Below the pieces are notes generated by a model. It was not told where the DNA came from. It saw only the letters and a program-made list of their open reading frames with translations, and did no database searches. A stretch of 62,079 nt of DNA, the filler included, from Circinaria calcarea (taxonomy: Eukaryota): the NCBI GenBank assembly GCA_051942165.1. It is 25 parts of 25 records of this genome, joined end to end, with 100 filler letters (N's around TTAATTAATTAA, not from the genome) between each part and the next. Parts side by side here need not be neighbours in the genome. Positions count along the whole stretch, not along the records: positions 47,297 to 49,679 come from JAVECS010003591.1; positions 49,780 to 52,162 come from JAVECS010003592.1; positions 52,263 to 54,644 come from JAVECS010003593.1; positions 54,745 to 57,124 come from JAVECS010003594.1; positions 57,225 to 59,603 come from JAVECS010003595.1; 20 more parts are not named here. One strand, given 5' to 3'. Shown one piece after another: positions 47,297 to 59,603 of this stretch (the stretch's first letter is position 1; each line of letters starts with the position of its first letter). The position numbers and the translations under genes are program-made.

Positions 47297-47630
47297 GTTG
47301 AGGGGGAGGCGAGGAGGGGTGGGAGGCTTTGCGAAAGGAAATATGTCAGCAGGTAGCTGAAGAGCAGAGCCGTGTAGATATATAGAGGAGAACTCGCAGG
47401 AGCAGGGTAGATGGTGGACGTACGGTAGGAAATTGCAGGCGGAATTGGGGCGGTTCGCAACAAGGGTGAAGATCTCGGATATAAGACGTTGCTGCACGGA
47501 TGTATCCTATTGTTAAATGTGAGTAATTCCTGAAGCAGGCGGTTTTAGACTGAAAAAAAACCAATTGTGTATAGAACTTCGTCAGCCGGGGTTGCCCTGA
47601 GTTGTTGAAGACGAGTACTGCGTTGATCAT
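47297..47630 (-). CDS. APS3: AP-3 adaptor complex sigma subunit, 3' end truncated
   Basis: MINAVLVFNNSGQPRLTKFYTQL|DTSVQQRLISEIFTLVANRPNSACNFLP|LPPLLAS. Confidence 0.92.
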
Positions 47631-48083
47631 CGTTGCTGGTCCTTGTCGAAAGGAAATGCTCTGCAGTCTACCAGCTTCCTTTGATTTCTATCTCCATGAC
47701 CGAACCTGGATGGTCTTTAATGCCTTTCACCAACGCCACCTTCCATCGTACTTTGCAACAGCATACAATTAGATGAGATGGCATTCTTTGATGTGTTATT
47801 CTGCGTCTACATGTCCGATCTCCTAGCGCCCGGGACCAGCACACCGGCGCGACCATTGCTCCCTTATCGTTATCATAGCTCTCCCGAGCAGCACTACGGA
47901 GCTGTAATGGCACCGTTCACCGACGTCATTTGTATATTCTACGCATTCTGCTTTTCAATTTACCTCCTCCGCAAGCTAAAACGGACGCGCCGCATGGCAT
48001 TCCTCGTCTCTACAACCTCATAGCCAATCTTTCTGTACCTAAACCCATAATTCTATATCAGAGACAACACCCATCCATCAAAG

Positions 48084-49079
48084 ATGCCTCTCAAACCCTT
48101 CCTCTCCAATCTCTTCCGCTCCGTCCGTCACGCCTCCAAACCCAAAAGCCCCACAACCCCCATGCCACCCAAACGCTGCCCCGTCTGCAAGCAACCTCAG
48201 AGGCTGCGCTGGCGAGACTACGTCCTCGAGGAGTATGATAACTGCCGTTTCCTTAACCACCAGCTCGCCGTTGAAGAAGCCCCTTTCATTCCAACCGCTG
48301 AACTGGATCTTAGTTGTAGCGTGCCAGCCCGCTCTTCACCGACTCCGCAACCTCGCGTGCTTCCTTCGACGTCCGCACCCAACTTCTACCTCCAACTCTC
48401 CAGCGGATGGAGCCAAAACTTCCTCTCTCACACGCTCGCTCCCTACAGGCTTATCCCAGCGCGCGTACATACTTATAGTCCAGCGCTCGGAAATGCCTTT
48501 AGCCCGGCGCGTTCTCCCTCTTCCCAAAGTCGACGCTTCCTCGCCACCACTACCACCAGCAGCCCTCCCATCACGCCCACCTCCATGTCGACTTCCACTT
48601 ACCACACCCGCGCAGACGCCTACATTGATGCCCTCGTCCTCGAGCTCGAAGAGCTGCAAGAAGAGCGGGAAGACGTCGACTGCGAGTACAGCGTCAGCAC
48701 TGCTCCTTCCCTCCCCCTTCCATTTTTTTTTTCTCAACTCCCCCCCCCATCTTCCTTTCCCCCTTTCTTTTTGTTTTCCTCCTTGCCACTAAACTAACAC
48801 CATTAACAGGCTGGCGTCCTCACCCTCACCTTCCCGCCCCACGGCACCTATGTCCTCAATAAACAGCCGCCCAATCGGCAAATCTGGCTTTCGTCGCCTC
48901 TCAGCGGGCCCAAACGATACGATTACGTGGCGGACGAAGGGAGCGGAGGAGAGGAGGCGGACGATGATGGGAAAGCGGAGGGCCATGAGGGCGGGCGGTG
49001 GGTGTATTTGAGGGACGGGAGCACGCTGACGGGGCTGTTGAGGGAGGAGTTGGGGGTCGTGCTGGAGGGGTTGGAATAA
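48084..49079 (+). CDS. YFH1: Frataxin homolog (intron 48693-48809); start codon uncertain
   Basis: [12 protein letters not shown]...[46 protein letters not shown]...[19 protein letters not shown]. Confidence 0.92.
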
Positions 49080-49375
49080 AGGGGGAAAAGGGGGAAGGCT
49101 TTATGTGCATATACACTGTTCCCCCCAAATCTTCTAGCAAATCTAGCGTGGCATGGCGCTGCAAAAGTTGCATCGAAGCATGGAGAAGTCCTGAAATCGT
49201 CCCTAGCGTAACGTGGCTAAGTCTGAAAGAAAAAAAAAATCCAAAAGCATATGGAGTAGTACATTCAAGATGGTGGTTACGGAGGCCACCCACAACGTAT
49301 CATATGATTTTTTTTAAAGACTGCCCTACAAACGCCCATCCAATACCGCCCCCCTCTTTTTCTCCATTCCCACAC

Positions 49376-49679
49376 TTAGCCAACAGCATGGTTGAACAAA
49401 AAGCTGACACTCTCCCCGTTATGCGTCCTCCGACACGCCTCCGCCAGCGTGGCGCTCACGTCAATCGTCTCGAGCTTCGCACACTCGGCCTTCTTCTCCT
49501 CATGCGGTACCGTATTCGTGACCACGACGCGGCTCAGCCGACTGCCGTTGAGGGCCTCGAGCGCGTTCCCGCTGAGGATGCCGTGCGTGACAATGGCGAC
49601 GACCTCGCGCGCGCCGTGCTCCATGACCGTGTTGGCGGCTTTCACCAGGGTGCCGCAGGTGTCGGCCATGTCGTCGACG
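49376..49679 (-). CDS. PRS: Ribose-phosphate pyrophosphokinase, C-terminal part
   Basis: VDDMADTCGTLVKAA...THGILSG...VVVTNTVP...AEACRRTHNGESVSFLF. Confidence 0.95.
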
Positions 49680-50344
49680 NNNNNNNNNNNNNNNNNNNNN
49701 NNNNNNNNNNNNNNNNNNNNNNNTTAATTAATTAANNNNNNNNNNNNNNNNNNNNNNNNNNNNNNNNNNNNNNNNNNNNGGGTGTAGGATAGAAAAGGGA
49801 AAAAGATAATTGGAAATACTAAAAAGTATCAGAATTCTGGTTGCCCTAGGAAGTGGAAGTGAGGCCCGTCACCCGGGTTCTTGATACAGAAGCAGAACGA
49901 CAAGGTCTCGATCCCGATCTCTACCGGTGTTACTTCTCCCCTCCCCTCACGATGGCACACTATTTCGTCGTCGACAATCTCCATATAATAATTCCCTTCG
50001 CGCGCGCCCCTCGGATGGATTGTTTCTCTAAAATGGTGTAGCTTGGCCAATGGTCGAAGGTCAAGTTTTATCTTCCTTAGGGCTAGGCGTGGCCGCTAGA
50101 ACCTGTCGTAGAAGCGCTCCTGTCGTCGTGATATTTAAAATATCCCAAGTTTTGCGTGGGAAATTCAAAGTCCCCAGAGCTATGGTAAAGAAGTCCCCCC
50201 GGCGCCAAAGAAGTCCTCCCGACGCTAAAGGTTTCCCACGCAAAGGGTTTCTTTCCTAGTACAACCTCCAATGTCAGGCGTCTACGGCTCTACAGTGGCT
50301 ATCTACTCTGTATATCCAGCTGAGTGATCGAGATCAACGACATA

Positions 50345-50690
50345 CCAACTCGCGCTATTACGGGCCGGGTTCTTTCATTCTCTTTCTCTTCTTGGAATAT
50401 CTGCGTCTGGCTTCGGTCGTCCAGATCTCCAACCAACTCGCGCTGTTACAGCCGGGTTCTCTCATTCTCTTTCTCTCTTTGGGATATCTGCGTCTGGCTT
50501 CGGTCGTCCAGATCCCCAACCAACTCGCGCTGTTACAGCCGGGTTCTCTCATTCTCCTTCTCTCCTTGGAATATCTGCGTCTGGCTTCGGTCGTCCAGAT
50601 TCCTAAACAACTCGCGCTATCACGGCCGGGTTCTTTTACTTTCTCTCTCTCGAGGTTATCAGCGTCTGGGCTTCGGTCGACCTGATTCCC
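50345..50690. repeat. 87-bp tandem repeat, about 4 copies
   Basis: Units start at 50345, 50433, 50520 and 50607 (ccaactcgcgct...gccgggttct...atctgcgtctggcttcggtcgtccagat); the fourth copy is degenerate. Confidence 0.95.
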
Positions 50691-50758
50691 CGTCCACCTA
50701 CGCCCCTACACCTCCCCCCCCTCCCCTCTTACCTAGTCAAGCCCTGCCATTGCTAATC

Positions 50759-52162
50759 ATGTCAAGGTCCTTGCATCCATCTACTCAACCTGGCAGGCGG
50801 CTTCGCCGCGACTCCCGTATCCAGTTCGTCGAAGACGAAGTCGAGGATGAGATTGAAGTCTTTACTGAAGACGAGCGTCCTACACGCGTCGCAAGAAGAC
50901 CATCGCTAGCAAATCTTGGACTCAGCGGTGGTGCGAAGCGGAGAAAGATCTCGATGGACAGCAACTCAATACTCGACTGTATCTGGGTTGCGCATCCTAA
51001 CGATACCACCCCAGCCTCACAAGGACACGGGGATTTCTCGAAGGACGATCCTCCACCTAGAGCTCCCAACACTATCAAACGACGGCGTACCAGCTCCTCG
51101 GTGGAACCCCGAGATCTTCCCAGTCGACCTCAGCAGAGTGGGAATCCTATAGAAGCAGTCGGCGATGGCGATGACGATGTGGAGGCCTCTATCAAGTCAG
51201 ATGATGACGCTACGTTTGAGGGACTTACAGACTCCTTGAACCGTTCCAGTCTGTCGACCGATGGTTTCGAGCGTCTATCGAAAGATGACTTTGATGGGCA
51301 GCTTCAAAGCTGGTATGCCAGTCAAGACCAAGCTATCGTAGCACAGGGAGGCCTTCCGTACACTCAAGAGGATATAGAAGATGAGCAAATGCGAGCACAA
51401 GATGCAAACGCTGTGCCAGATGAATCCGAATTGGTAATGGACTTGGGATGGACCGATGAAGATCTAGAGGATACCACCGCCGAATTAGAGGACGACGTCC
51501 CTCAGGCCATGTTGCCTCTCGATACTCGAACCAAACGGGCAGAACTTTACACGGCCATGCTCGATACAAGCCTTACTTCCTTGCTGGAGACCGCCGTGTC
51601 CGATGAACGCCTTGTCTCAAAAGACTTTGTCGGACCTAGGCAATGGGAAGGCTGGTTAAGCCAGTATGTACTCATGCCCATACTCGCATCTACCGATCCG
51701 GGAATCCTCCGCCAGATTATCAACGGTAATCTCGCACGAGCATGGCGTCGGGATCCTTCGATCAAGAACCAGCTTGGGAAGCTCCTACGCATGCCTAACT
51801 GGCAACCGGCAATCTACATGCAATTACTCGTCAATTCCACCGGTCACTCTCCGTCACCCGAGGACCTCTCTCACATCATTGAGGCTATCCGCAATTACTG
51901 CAATTGGCCCATGAGCAGAGAGGAACTCGAGTCTGCGGTTAGGATCGATGAGGCTTTCTATCCCCATTCCAACTGGGGCAGGTCTCGGGTGCTGCAAGGA
52001 CAGCTCAAGTACCTCGCAGGGAACAAATCCGGTCATGAGCGTGCTCCGCATCGTGTCGACAATATTCGGCAATTCGCCAACAACCTCGAGGCTCGTCTGA
52101 ATCACCTTCGTCAGACTCCCGCGTGGACCCAACCTCTGGCGAACCCCCTCGTGGAGATAGGG
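50759..52162 (+). CDS. Hypothetical protein: acidic disordered N-terminus with NLS-like motifs, then a globular domain; 3' end truncated
   Basis: Intronless open frame of more than 460 codons from ATG 50759; KRRK/KRRR motifs; QPAIYMQLLVNSTGHSPSP...PLVEIG. Confidence 0.7.
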
Positions 52163-53135
52163 NNNNNNNNNNNNNNNNNNNNNNNNNNNNNNNNNNNNNN
52201 NNNNNNTTAATTAATTAANNNNNNNNNNNNNNNNNNNNNNNNNNNNNNNNNNNNNNNNNNNNGAGGGGGGTTGGGTTCGACATTCCGGCGAGCTGTAATT
52301 TTCAACTTCAACTCTAGCCGTTCGAGCGTAGATGGACGAATGATAATCTCCAATTGACGAACGAACGAAAAATCTGGGGAATACATAGCGAGGAAAAAGG
52401 AACAGGATACTAGAAACGGGGGATTTTTCAAATTCCTATTGGGGGGGTATAGTGTCGGTAGGTAAAATAGATCAGTTAGATGATGCTTTAGAAGACAACG
52501 GAGAAAAACTCGATCCGGAAAACATGCGGATATAGCAAGACGGGAGTTGGCCCTGGCCCCTCCATGGTAAGAGGTCCTTGTTGTTCGAACTAATGTGTGA
52601 CTATCAGTTACCATTCCGACAGGGCGACCTGATGCATTTGAAGCTGCTTCAATACAAGGAAAGGATCTTCATCCCGAATCCAACGACTCTCTCTCTGAAT
52701 AGGTATCGATAAAGATCTAGGCAAAAATTGAATTCGGTAGAGGGGTCCGATTGGAAATGCGTTAGAGCGGTAATCAAGAGTTTCTATCTCTAAAATGGTG
52801 ACCAGTAAAAGAACGACGCCTATGACCTGAACAGATTGGAAGAAAGTTTCCAACTTAATGAGAGCCAATGCTCTCCCTAGGTTACGCCCGTGACCAAGGA
52901 GACTTTCGTGACTCCTATGCTAATCAATTGACGCCGTATGCCTGCTGAAATAATCATCATCAGCATCGAAACCAGAGGCAACTTCATGGGGTAATACATA
53001 CAGTAATTGCATAGCGGAGTCACAATGCCATAGCATTCTGAAACCCTCAGACTCTTTTCTCATGCCCAAATCCGGTTTTATCCATTAGGGTAAGTTCAAA
53101 GTATCAAAAGTTGCACAATCCCTCACCAGTCACTC

Positions 53136-54644
53136 TTAGTCACTATTGAGAAAAGTCGCCGGTGCAAGTGACTTGTAGGTCTGACGAATAGGCTGCAGAC
53201 CTGGCTCTCCATTCATCATGGCCGCGTCACGGGCCCGTTTCTTCCTTAGTCTTTCCTCGAGTGATTCGTAGTCGTCACCAATTTCAGTCGGAAGAGTATC
53301 CATGTTGAATTCGGAAAACGGAGATGTAGGAGCATCTTGAGACCAATTAAGGCTCGGCCTGCGATCTTCCGGCGCAATCTCAGGTCCACTCCAAGAAATT
53401 TGTTGCTTATGCTTTGGCGACTGAAAGACGTGTCCGTCATCGTAAGCTTCTTCCGGGATAGAGCTTACCGTTCCATTGACCTTCTCCGGCGGCACCGGCT
53501 TCATCCTTGGGATATTTTCCGGATTATCCTCTTCGAGGACTGCCATCCAGACACCCACTTGTCCCTTTTTCCCCACCAATGGGGTGAAGTGAATCCATCG
53601 GTTTTGACCTTCATGGTCAACATGAGATAGCCAGCGGACCTTTGCGGTGACTTCCCTGCCTTCGGCGAGAGCTTGCGTAAGCCCATCACGTATTCGAGCA
53701 CTTCCGCCAATCATGTCCATGATTGGCGCTTGCAGGATCTCGGGTCCATTTAGAGATGGAGACGCGAACAGGATACGTAGTGAGGGGTAAGGCCGAACAA
53801 GCAGATACTGGAAAGATTAGTATCTGGACAGATTGGTAGGAGGTCATGTCCCACATTACTATATAAACTGTCTAGTGTTCCTTTTTCATGGCCAGTATGT
53901 CGACCTGTCCTCAAGGGATCAATGGAAAGCTCCCTGATCAACACTTCTGGCCGACGCAACTTTGTGCGACCCGAATCTTCCTCGTCCTTGGGGTACTGTT
54001 GAAGCATACGTCCTTCCCACGTACGGACAGCTCTCAACTCTTGCATATCTAACATTTCAATTAGTTGTTGGAATTCATCTCTCTTGCTTTCTTTTTGACC
54101 GGTTGACGTGTTTCCCCCCGGGTGACTTTGACCCTGCAAACGCATCATCGAACGCCGGATCGATTCTAACTCTGGACTATCATCGACTATGTGGCTCACG
54201 TCGATTTGGGCTCCCAAATAATATCGGATCCTGCCCTGATCGTCGTGTAGAGGTGCGTGCATGAGAAGATTCATAAAGGGTGATCCGTCTCGGCGGCTAA
54301 AGGAGTATCAGTGGGTCCGGATGGTACCTACTTCTTGCAACTGATTCCACTTACTAATTCAGAATAACCTCGCAATGTTCTCTTCCGGCCTTTACCGCGT
54401 CTCGTATCCGTTGAATACTTGAAGATTTCGTATGTGGGCCTTGCAGGAACCGACAGTTCCGCCCCACAATGTAGTTCATACTGTACTGCGTCATTTGGTG
54501 GAAAGCTACGTCTCAGTGTTAGCTCCGAATAGGTAAGTCCTCATGTTCCTTGCTAACCTTCCGAAGCAAAGACGATCGGGTTATCTTGTCGCGATGGATC
54601 TGTGAGACAGAATACTTCGGCAAATCCGTCTGATGATTCCTGCG
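53136..54644 (-). CDS. LOV-domain (blue-light sensor) protein of the fungal RGS-LOV-DUF type, 5' end truncated
   Basis: FCLTDPSRQDNPIVFASE|AFHQMTQYSMNYIVGRNCRFLQGP...ILN|YRRDGSPFMNLL...YYLGAQIDVS, then a second PAS-like domain YLLVRPYPSLRILFASP...VTAKVRW...RWIHFTPL..GVW. Confidence 0.88.
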
Positions 54645-54744
54645 NNNNNNNNNNNNNNNNNNNNNNNNNNNNNNNNNNNNNNNNNNNNTTAATTAATTAA
54701 NNNNNNNNNNNNNNNNNNNNNNNNNNNNNNNNNNNNNNNNNNNN

Positions 54745-55629
54745 GCGTATCTCCTGCGGTTAGAAAAGTACTAGCCTGTAGCAACCGAGAAGGGGATATT
54801 GTGGACGGTAAAGTTGTTGATAGGGTAACACCCGATGCGGTGATGGCAAGGTTTATAAGTGGGACCGCATCCTCGATCCGGCTGAGCAACTTTTGCATGT
54901 CTTGGATGATACGCTTCAGCTCCAGCTCGTTTTGTGCCTTTGATTTAGCTTTCGAGCTTCCTCGTCGAGCTAGATTTTCCTCGTTGGCCGCCACAGCAAG
55001 TCTCTGGCCAAGGTTCTGGATATCCCATCTCAGGGATTTGGTGAGGGATACAGCAGATTCTAAGGATGTGTTGCCGCGAGCAGAGCTAAGAAAATGTCAA
55101 TGTAAGCTTTATGATACAGACTATACCGCATTACGTACATCAGCTCTATCATATCGATAGCAGGAGAAATGATCTAATAGCTTAGATTAGAATGGTACAC
55201 AACGAGCATGAGAAGCAAAATGAGCCCTCTAAGCAAAGCGGACGAAGGAGAGGTAGGAAACAGTGTGTGTTCTCAAGAAGTCCACAAAGACGGTATAAAC
55301 CAACCCTGATCTTGCTGTCTAGACGTTCCTGCAGAGTCTGCAGCTCTTCCCGTTCGTTTCCCTGAACATTCTGCACTTGACAATCAGAAATCTTTCGAGC
55401 TGCTGACAGTCCGCCGGCCAACCTTAAGTAACTTGGAGGACTGCCTAAGGGCGTAACTGGCTGTAATGGTAACCCCAGACCTGGCCCTGACGTTAGCGAC
55501 GCCATGATCTTGGGTAAAATAGATCTGACCGTATGGCATAATTCATGGCCTGCTGGGTAACCTTTTCAACGCTTTAGCTCGAGCTCTCCGTCTAGGAGCT
55601 ATACGAACCTTTCCCAACAGGATATCCAT
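54745..55629 (-). CDS. YRB30: RanGTP-binding protein Yrb30-like, 3' end truncated
   Basis: MDILLGK|VTQQAMNYAI...LQERLDSKIR|IISPAIDMIEL|..ARGNTSLESAV...RIEDAVPLINLAITASG...SPSRLLQAS. Confidence 0.88.
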
Positions 55630-56183
55630 GATGGCTGGATGTTATCTGAGTACAGTCATTACACGACGGCCAAGAGACGACGATCGACAACAGTGAGTTT
55701 GGTTCGCAGAATACACAAATCTGCGTTTATGTTTAGTGAGAAAGCATCATTCTATGGCGCCTCCTTGAATCATTCTTTGACCACCAACGGTGTTATTCAA
55801 TCAACAGTTGGAATCGAGTATCTTGTGTTGATATCACTCCGAGAAATGCGGCCAGTGACACGTGATCCAAACAATGACTTTGGATGAGTCAGCAAGGATC
55901 TTTGGAAATTTCTCTGCCCCGCAATTGGTTGAACTGACCGCCAGTCGAAACTTACGTTTATATGGGCCAGAGTTGCAGCAAACTGTTTGTTGTACTCAAT
56001 CTTACATTAAAGAATAGTCTTCCAAGACAAGGTCTTCAAATTCCGCCGGTTGACTTCCTATTCTCCTAAGATTCAGCTGAGGCAGATCTGCAGCGTCTAG
56101 ACAAATTGTGGGGCGCACCCCGAGCAGACAGAAGTTTACTGTTACTACTGTCTTTGGTAGGTTAAGGGCCTACGAACCTCTAA

Positions 56184-57124
56184 ATGGCCGGCCTAGAATC
56201 GTGGGAAGACGATCCAGCCGCTCAGGATGAACAACTAGCTCGACAGGCGCAACAGGGCCTTAACATCAATGGACAGGCTTCTCAGCCTCATACCTTTACA
56301 GCAGCTGCAAATTCATTCCAACCAGGTGCTCAAGCATTTCAGCCAGGACAGCAATACCAACAATACGGATATTACAACCAGCAATACGGAGGAGCTTATC
56401 CCCAATACGGCGGTTACCCACAATATGGTCAGCAAAATCAAGGCTATGGCCAGCAGCAGAATAGTTACAACCAGATATACGGCGCACAATATGGCGAGTT
56501 CCAACCGCAGTCCTATAACCAACAGCCTCAGCAACGACAGGCGCCTGTAATAGCCAAACGACCCTCCCAGAATGACAGGAATAATGATGGGGCTGCGGCT
56601 CCATTCCCAGTCGTAGCAGAGAATAAGGAGACTCCCACACCACCAAAAGCAAAGGTGCTCTCTATCACTGGCGACACTGCAACTCCAAAGGCAAAATTTC
56701 TGTCCATAGGAGCCGTAACTCCCGCGAAGAAAGAGGAGCAGTCAGCAGAAGATGGAGCAAAAGTGACTGCAACAAAGGCTATTGAAAAAACCGAAAAACC
56801 TTCAGTATCCTCGGCAGGGAAGTCGTCGCCAGCGCCATCCTCAGGAACATCCAGTCCGACACCAGCAGAGACCAAAGCAGCAGCACGGGAGGCTGATGCA
56901 GTAGCAAAAGAAATCGAAGCGGCCGTGGATGAGGAAATATTGGAGGAAGTTTATGGCAAGGAACATGTCAATCTAATATTCATCGGTCATGTTGATGCTG
57001 GTAAATCAACTCTAGGAGGGAGTATTCTTTATGCAACCGGCATGGTTGATGAACGGACAATGGATAAATACAAGCGAGAGGCCAAAGAAGCAGGTCGAGA
57101 GACTTGGTACCTGTCGTGGGCGCT
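56184..57124 (+). CDS. SUP35: Eukaryotic release factor 3 (eRF3), 3' end truncated
   Basis: Q/Y/G-rich N domain, charged M domain, KEHVNLIFIGHVDAGKSTLGG...YKREAKEAGRETWYLSWA. Confidence 0.97.
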
Positions 57125-57224
57125 NNNNNNNNNNNNNNNNNNNNNNNNNNNNNNNNNNNNNNNNNNNNTTAATTAATTAANNNNNNNNNNNNNNNNNNNN
57201 NNNNNNNNNNNNNNNNNNNNNNNN

Positions 57225-58495
57225 CCATTTGGTAATGGCCCAATCGGGAGCCTCAAGATCGGTCTCACCCGATATAGAACGGATCGAGCGAAGGTTCCTT
57301 GAGGAAAGGAATAACGGCGCTGAGAGTTGGTACTTATCAGGAAAGAGTATAGATGGTAGGGTCAAGTACGTATGAAGCGCGCAGTTCTCGGATGGGCTTG
57401 GCATAGACGACCGTGGAAAAGTAAGATTTAGCTTAGGATGGAGACCCGTAGGAAATACAAAACCTGCGCGGTAAACCGACTCTGGCGACTCAGGTAAGTG
57501 ATGGTGACGGGATGGAAATGAGAATAAGGTTGGACCTGATAGCCAATGAGATCAGTAGCTAAACATGCGTTTAACGTTGGTTTTCGTACTCGGTTTACTG
57601 TCTTCTCCAACAACTGTCAAAAATCCCCCAAGAGACAAGTCTTCTGGCTCTCTGGGCACCTCGTTTGCAAGGATGCCAACCTCAACTCTATTGATACGTC
57701 CGTCATTACTAATATGCTCATCCCATAAACCCGAAGTTGGTGGCCCACGTCGGAAGGCAGCGATGTTAATAGTCTGTGAGATCGTATCGAAGTCGATATC
57801 CAGGTAGTCTGCAGATTTCAGAAGTTCTGCCTTGCGATAGCACGCAGACCCTAATAACGGACATATTTTGTGCTCTATGTAGGTCACCAGATCCGAGAGG
57901 GAAGAAAGAACATTGTAGTATTGAAATGCTGCTGAAGATGTAAAACGCTCAGAAATCTTGGGGATGCCCGTGAATGACTCCTATACCAGCTTCTAAACAT
58001 CGCGCTACATAGGCAATTCTCGAAGAAGACACACCTCAGGAGTAGTACACTTCAAGCTGTCTCCAAAGGCTTTCCGTAAAAGTGGGCAGAGTAGAACGCT
58101 TTGACTTTCAGAAATTGCTAGGATGGCTCAGACCTAGGACTGCCTTACATACGCAGAGCGATTCCGTTGAGGAGTATAGAAGACGTGCAAGCCGGGTGAA
58201 GCCCTAGCAAGAAAGGGCGAGATGGAGTGGTACGGGTTGGACGAGACCCATCGTAGATGTAGCTCGTGGCACTGTTTCAACGCTCGCCACAGCTAGCCAG
58301 GGAGTTAGCCCGCGCCGTAGCATATGTTTTTCCTATCCATCATACCTCTTGCGGAAGCTCTTGTAGGCTGAAGGTTACCCGGTCCTCTCGTGCGGCTTTT
58401 AGAGAGCTGATGTGCAACGTCGTGTTTTCAAGACGGAGTTGACTGGGATCAAAGGCATCCTCAAGGGAGTGAACAAAAGTGATCCTTTCCCTCAT
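57225..58495 (-). CDS. PBN1: GPI mannosyltransferase I subunit Pbn1 / PIG-X, 3' end truncated
   Basis: MRERITFVH...KAAREDRVTF..QELP, RVEVGILA...LSLGGFLTVVGED, FSFPSRHH, PTGLHP, CALHTYLTLPS.LFPDKYQL, GETDLEAPDW. Confidence 0.88.
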
Positions 58496-58752
58496 CGCAC
58501 CTACACGTGGAGCTATGATATGAGAGTCGTGAGCATGGAGCTCCGACTTTACTGTAGACCCGGTTTGGCGGGGGAGAGAAATAGGCGAGTTGATGTCACT
58601 TGAGTATCATAATTCGGGCTCTGTCCGGTATTGAGACACGTGTCCAATCCCTACAGAGCTACAATACATCTCCCAGGTTTCCGCATCACGATACTATACA
58701 CTTAGACTCATTGCATGTCTTTTTAGAATTCCTCTCTACGCTGACCACCGAC

Positions 58753-59603
58753 ATGCGCTTCCTCGACTTTCTCTATCCCACCCTACTCACCCTAGCACTC
58801 CACACACCGGAGACTGAGGCAACCCGAAGACCTGGCGACAGCATCCTTCTCTCGAACGTTAAAACCTTGACCTTACGAAAGGAGCTCAAGACAAGCCACA
58901 GACGTGTATCCGCCGTACCGCAGGTAAGGGTATCGTCTCAGTATTTTCACGGCGGTATACTTGCTCACACTGTGATGTAGCTCAAATGCGTTGGCGGTAA
59001 TGCCAAAGGCCTATACGAAGTCGATGTCTTACGGTGTAACAACCAAGGTTCTGACTATGACGCGGAGAACATCCAGTGGACATGCACCGCCTCCTTACCC
59101 TCGGAATTCAAGCTGGGCTCGACCGATGTAATCTGTGAAGGATACGATTCGTCAAGTGATCCCTATGTGCTGAAAGGTAGCTGTGGGGTAGAGTATCGAC
59201 TCATGCTCACGGATGTCGGCGAAAAGAAATATGGGCGTGGAAGCGAGAATACGTGGGAAGGCTTCAAAAGCAAAAGCCGTGTTGATTGGCCAGCTATCAT
59301 CTTCTTCGCTATTTTCCTTTCCGTATTAGGATGGATTGTATACGCCGCTTTCTTCCAAGCTCGCGGTACAAGACTTGGGGCAGGTGGTAACACTTTGGGA
59401 TGGAACGGGGGAGGCGGAGGCGGCGGTCCAGGCGGTAACGATCCCCCACCACCATACGACTATGATCCAAAACCATCATCGTTTCGGCAGTCAGCTGCTC
59501 CAGTACCGGGTCAGCAAGGTTGGCGACCAGGATTCTGGACCGGGGCGCTAGGCGGAGCTGCAGCTGGTTATATGGCAGGGAACAGAGGACAGCAGCAAAG
59601 AAG
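58753..59603 (+). CDS. SARAF/TMEM66 (store-operated Ca2+ entry-associated regulatory factor) homolog, 3' end truncated
   Basis: Signal peptide, ILLSNVKTLTLR...RRVSAVPQ|LKCVGG...CNNQG.DYD..IQWTCTASLP.EFKLG...CEGYDSSSDPYVLKGSCGVEYRL, TM segment, PPPY, PGFWTGALGG. Confidence 0.92.

Noticed and set aside
50345..50690. CRISPR array
   Set aside because: Units are contiguous 87-bp copies with no unique spacers, there are no cas genes, and the host is a eukaryote.
50324..50758. N-terminal 145 aa of the 628-aa ORF-track protein
   Set aside because: It starts at GTG and is just the translated tandem array; the first ATG in frame is at 50759.
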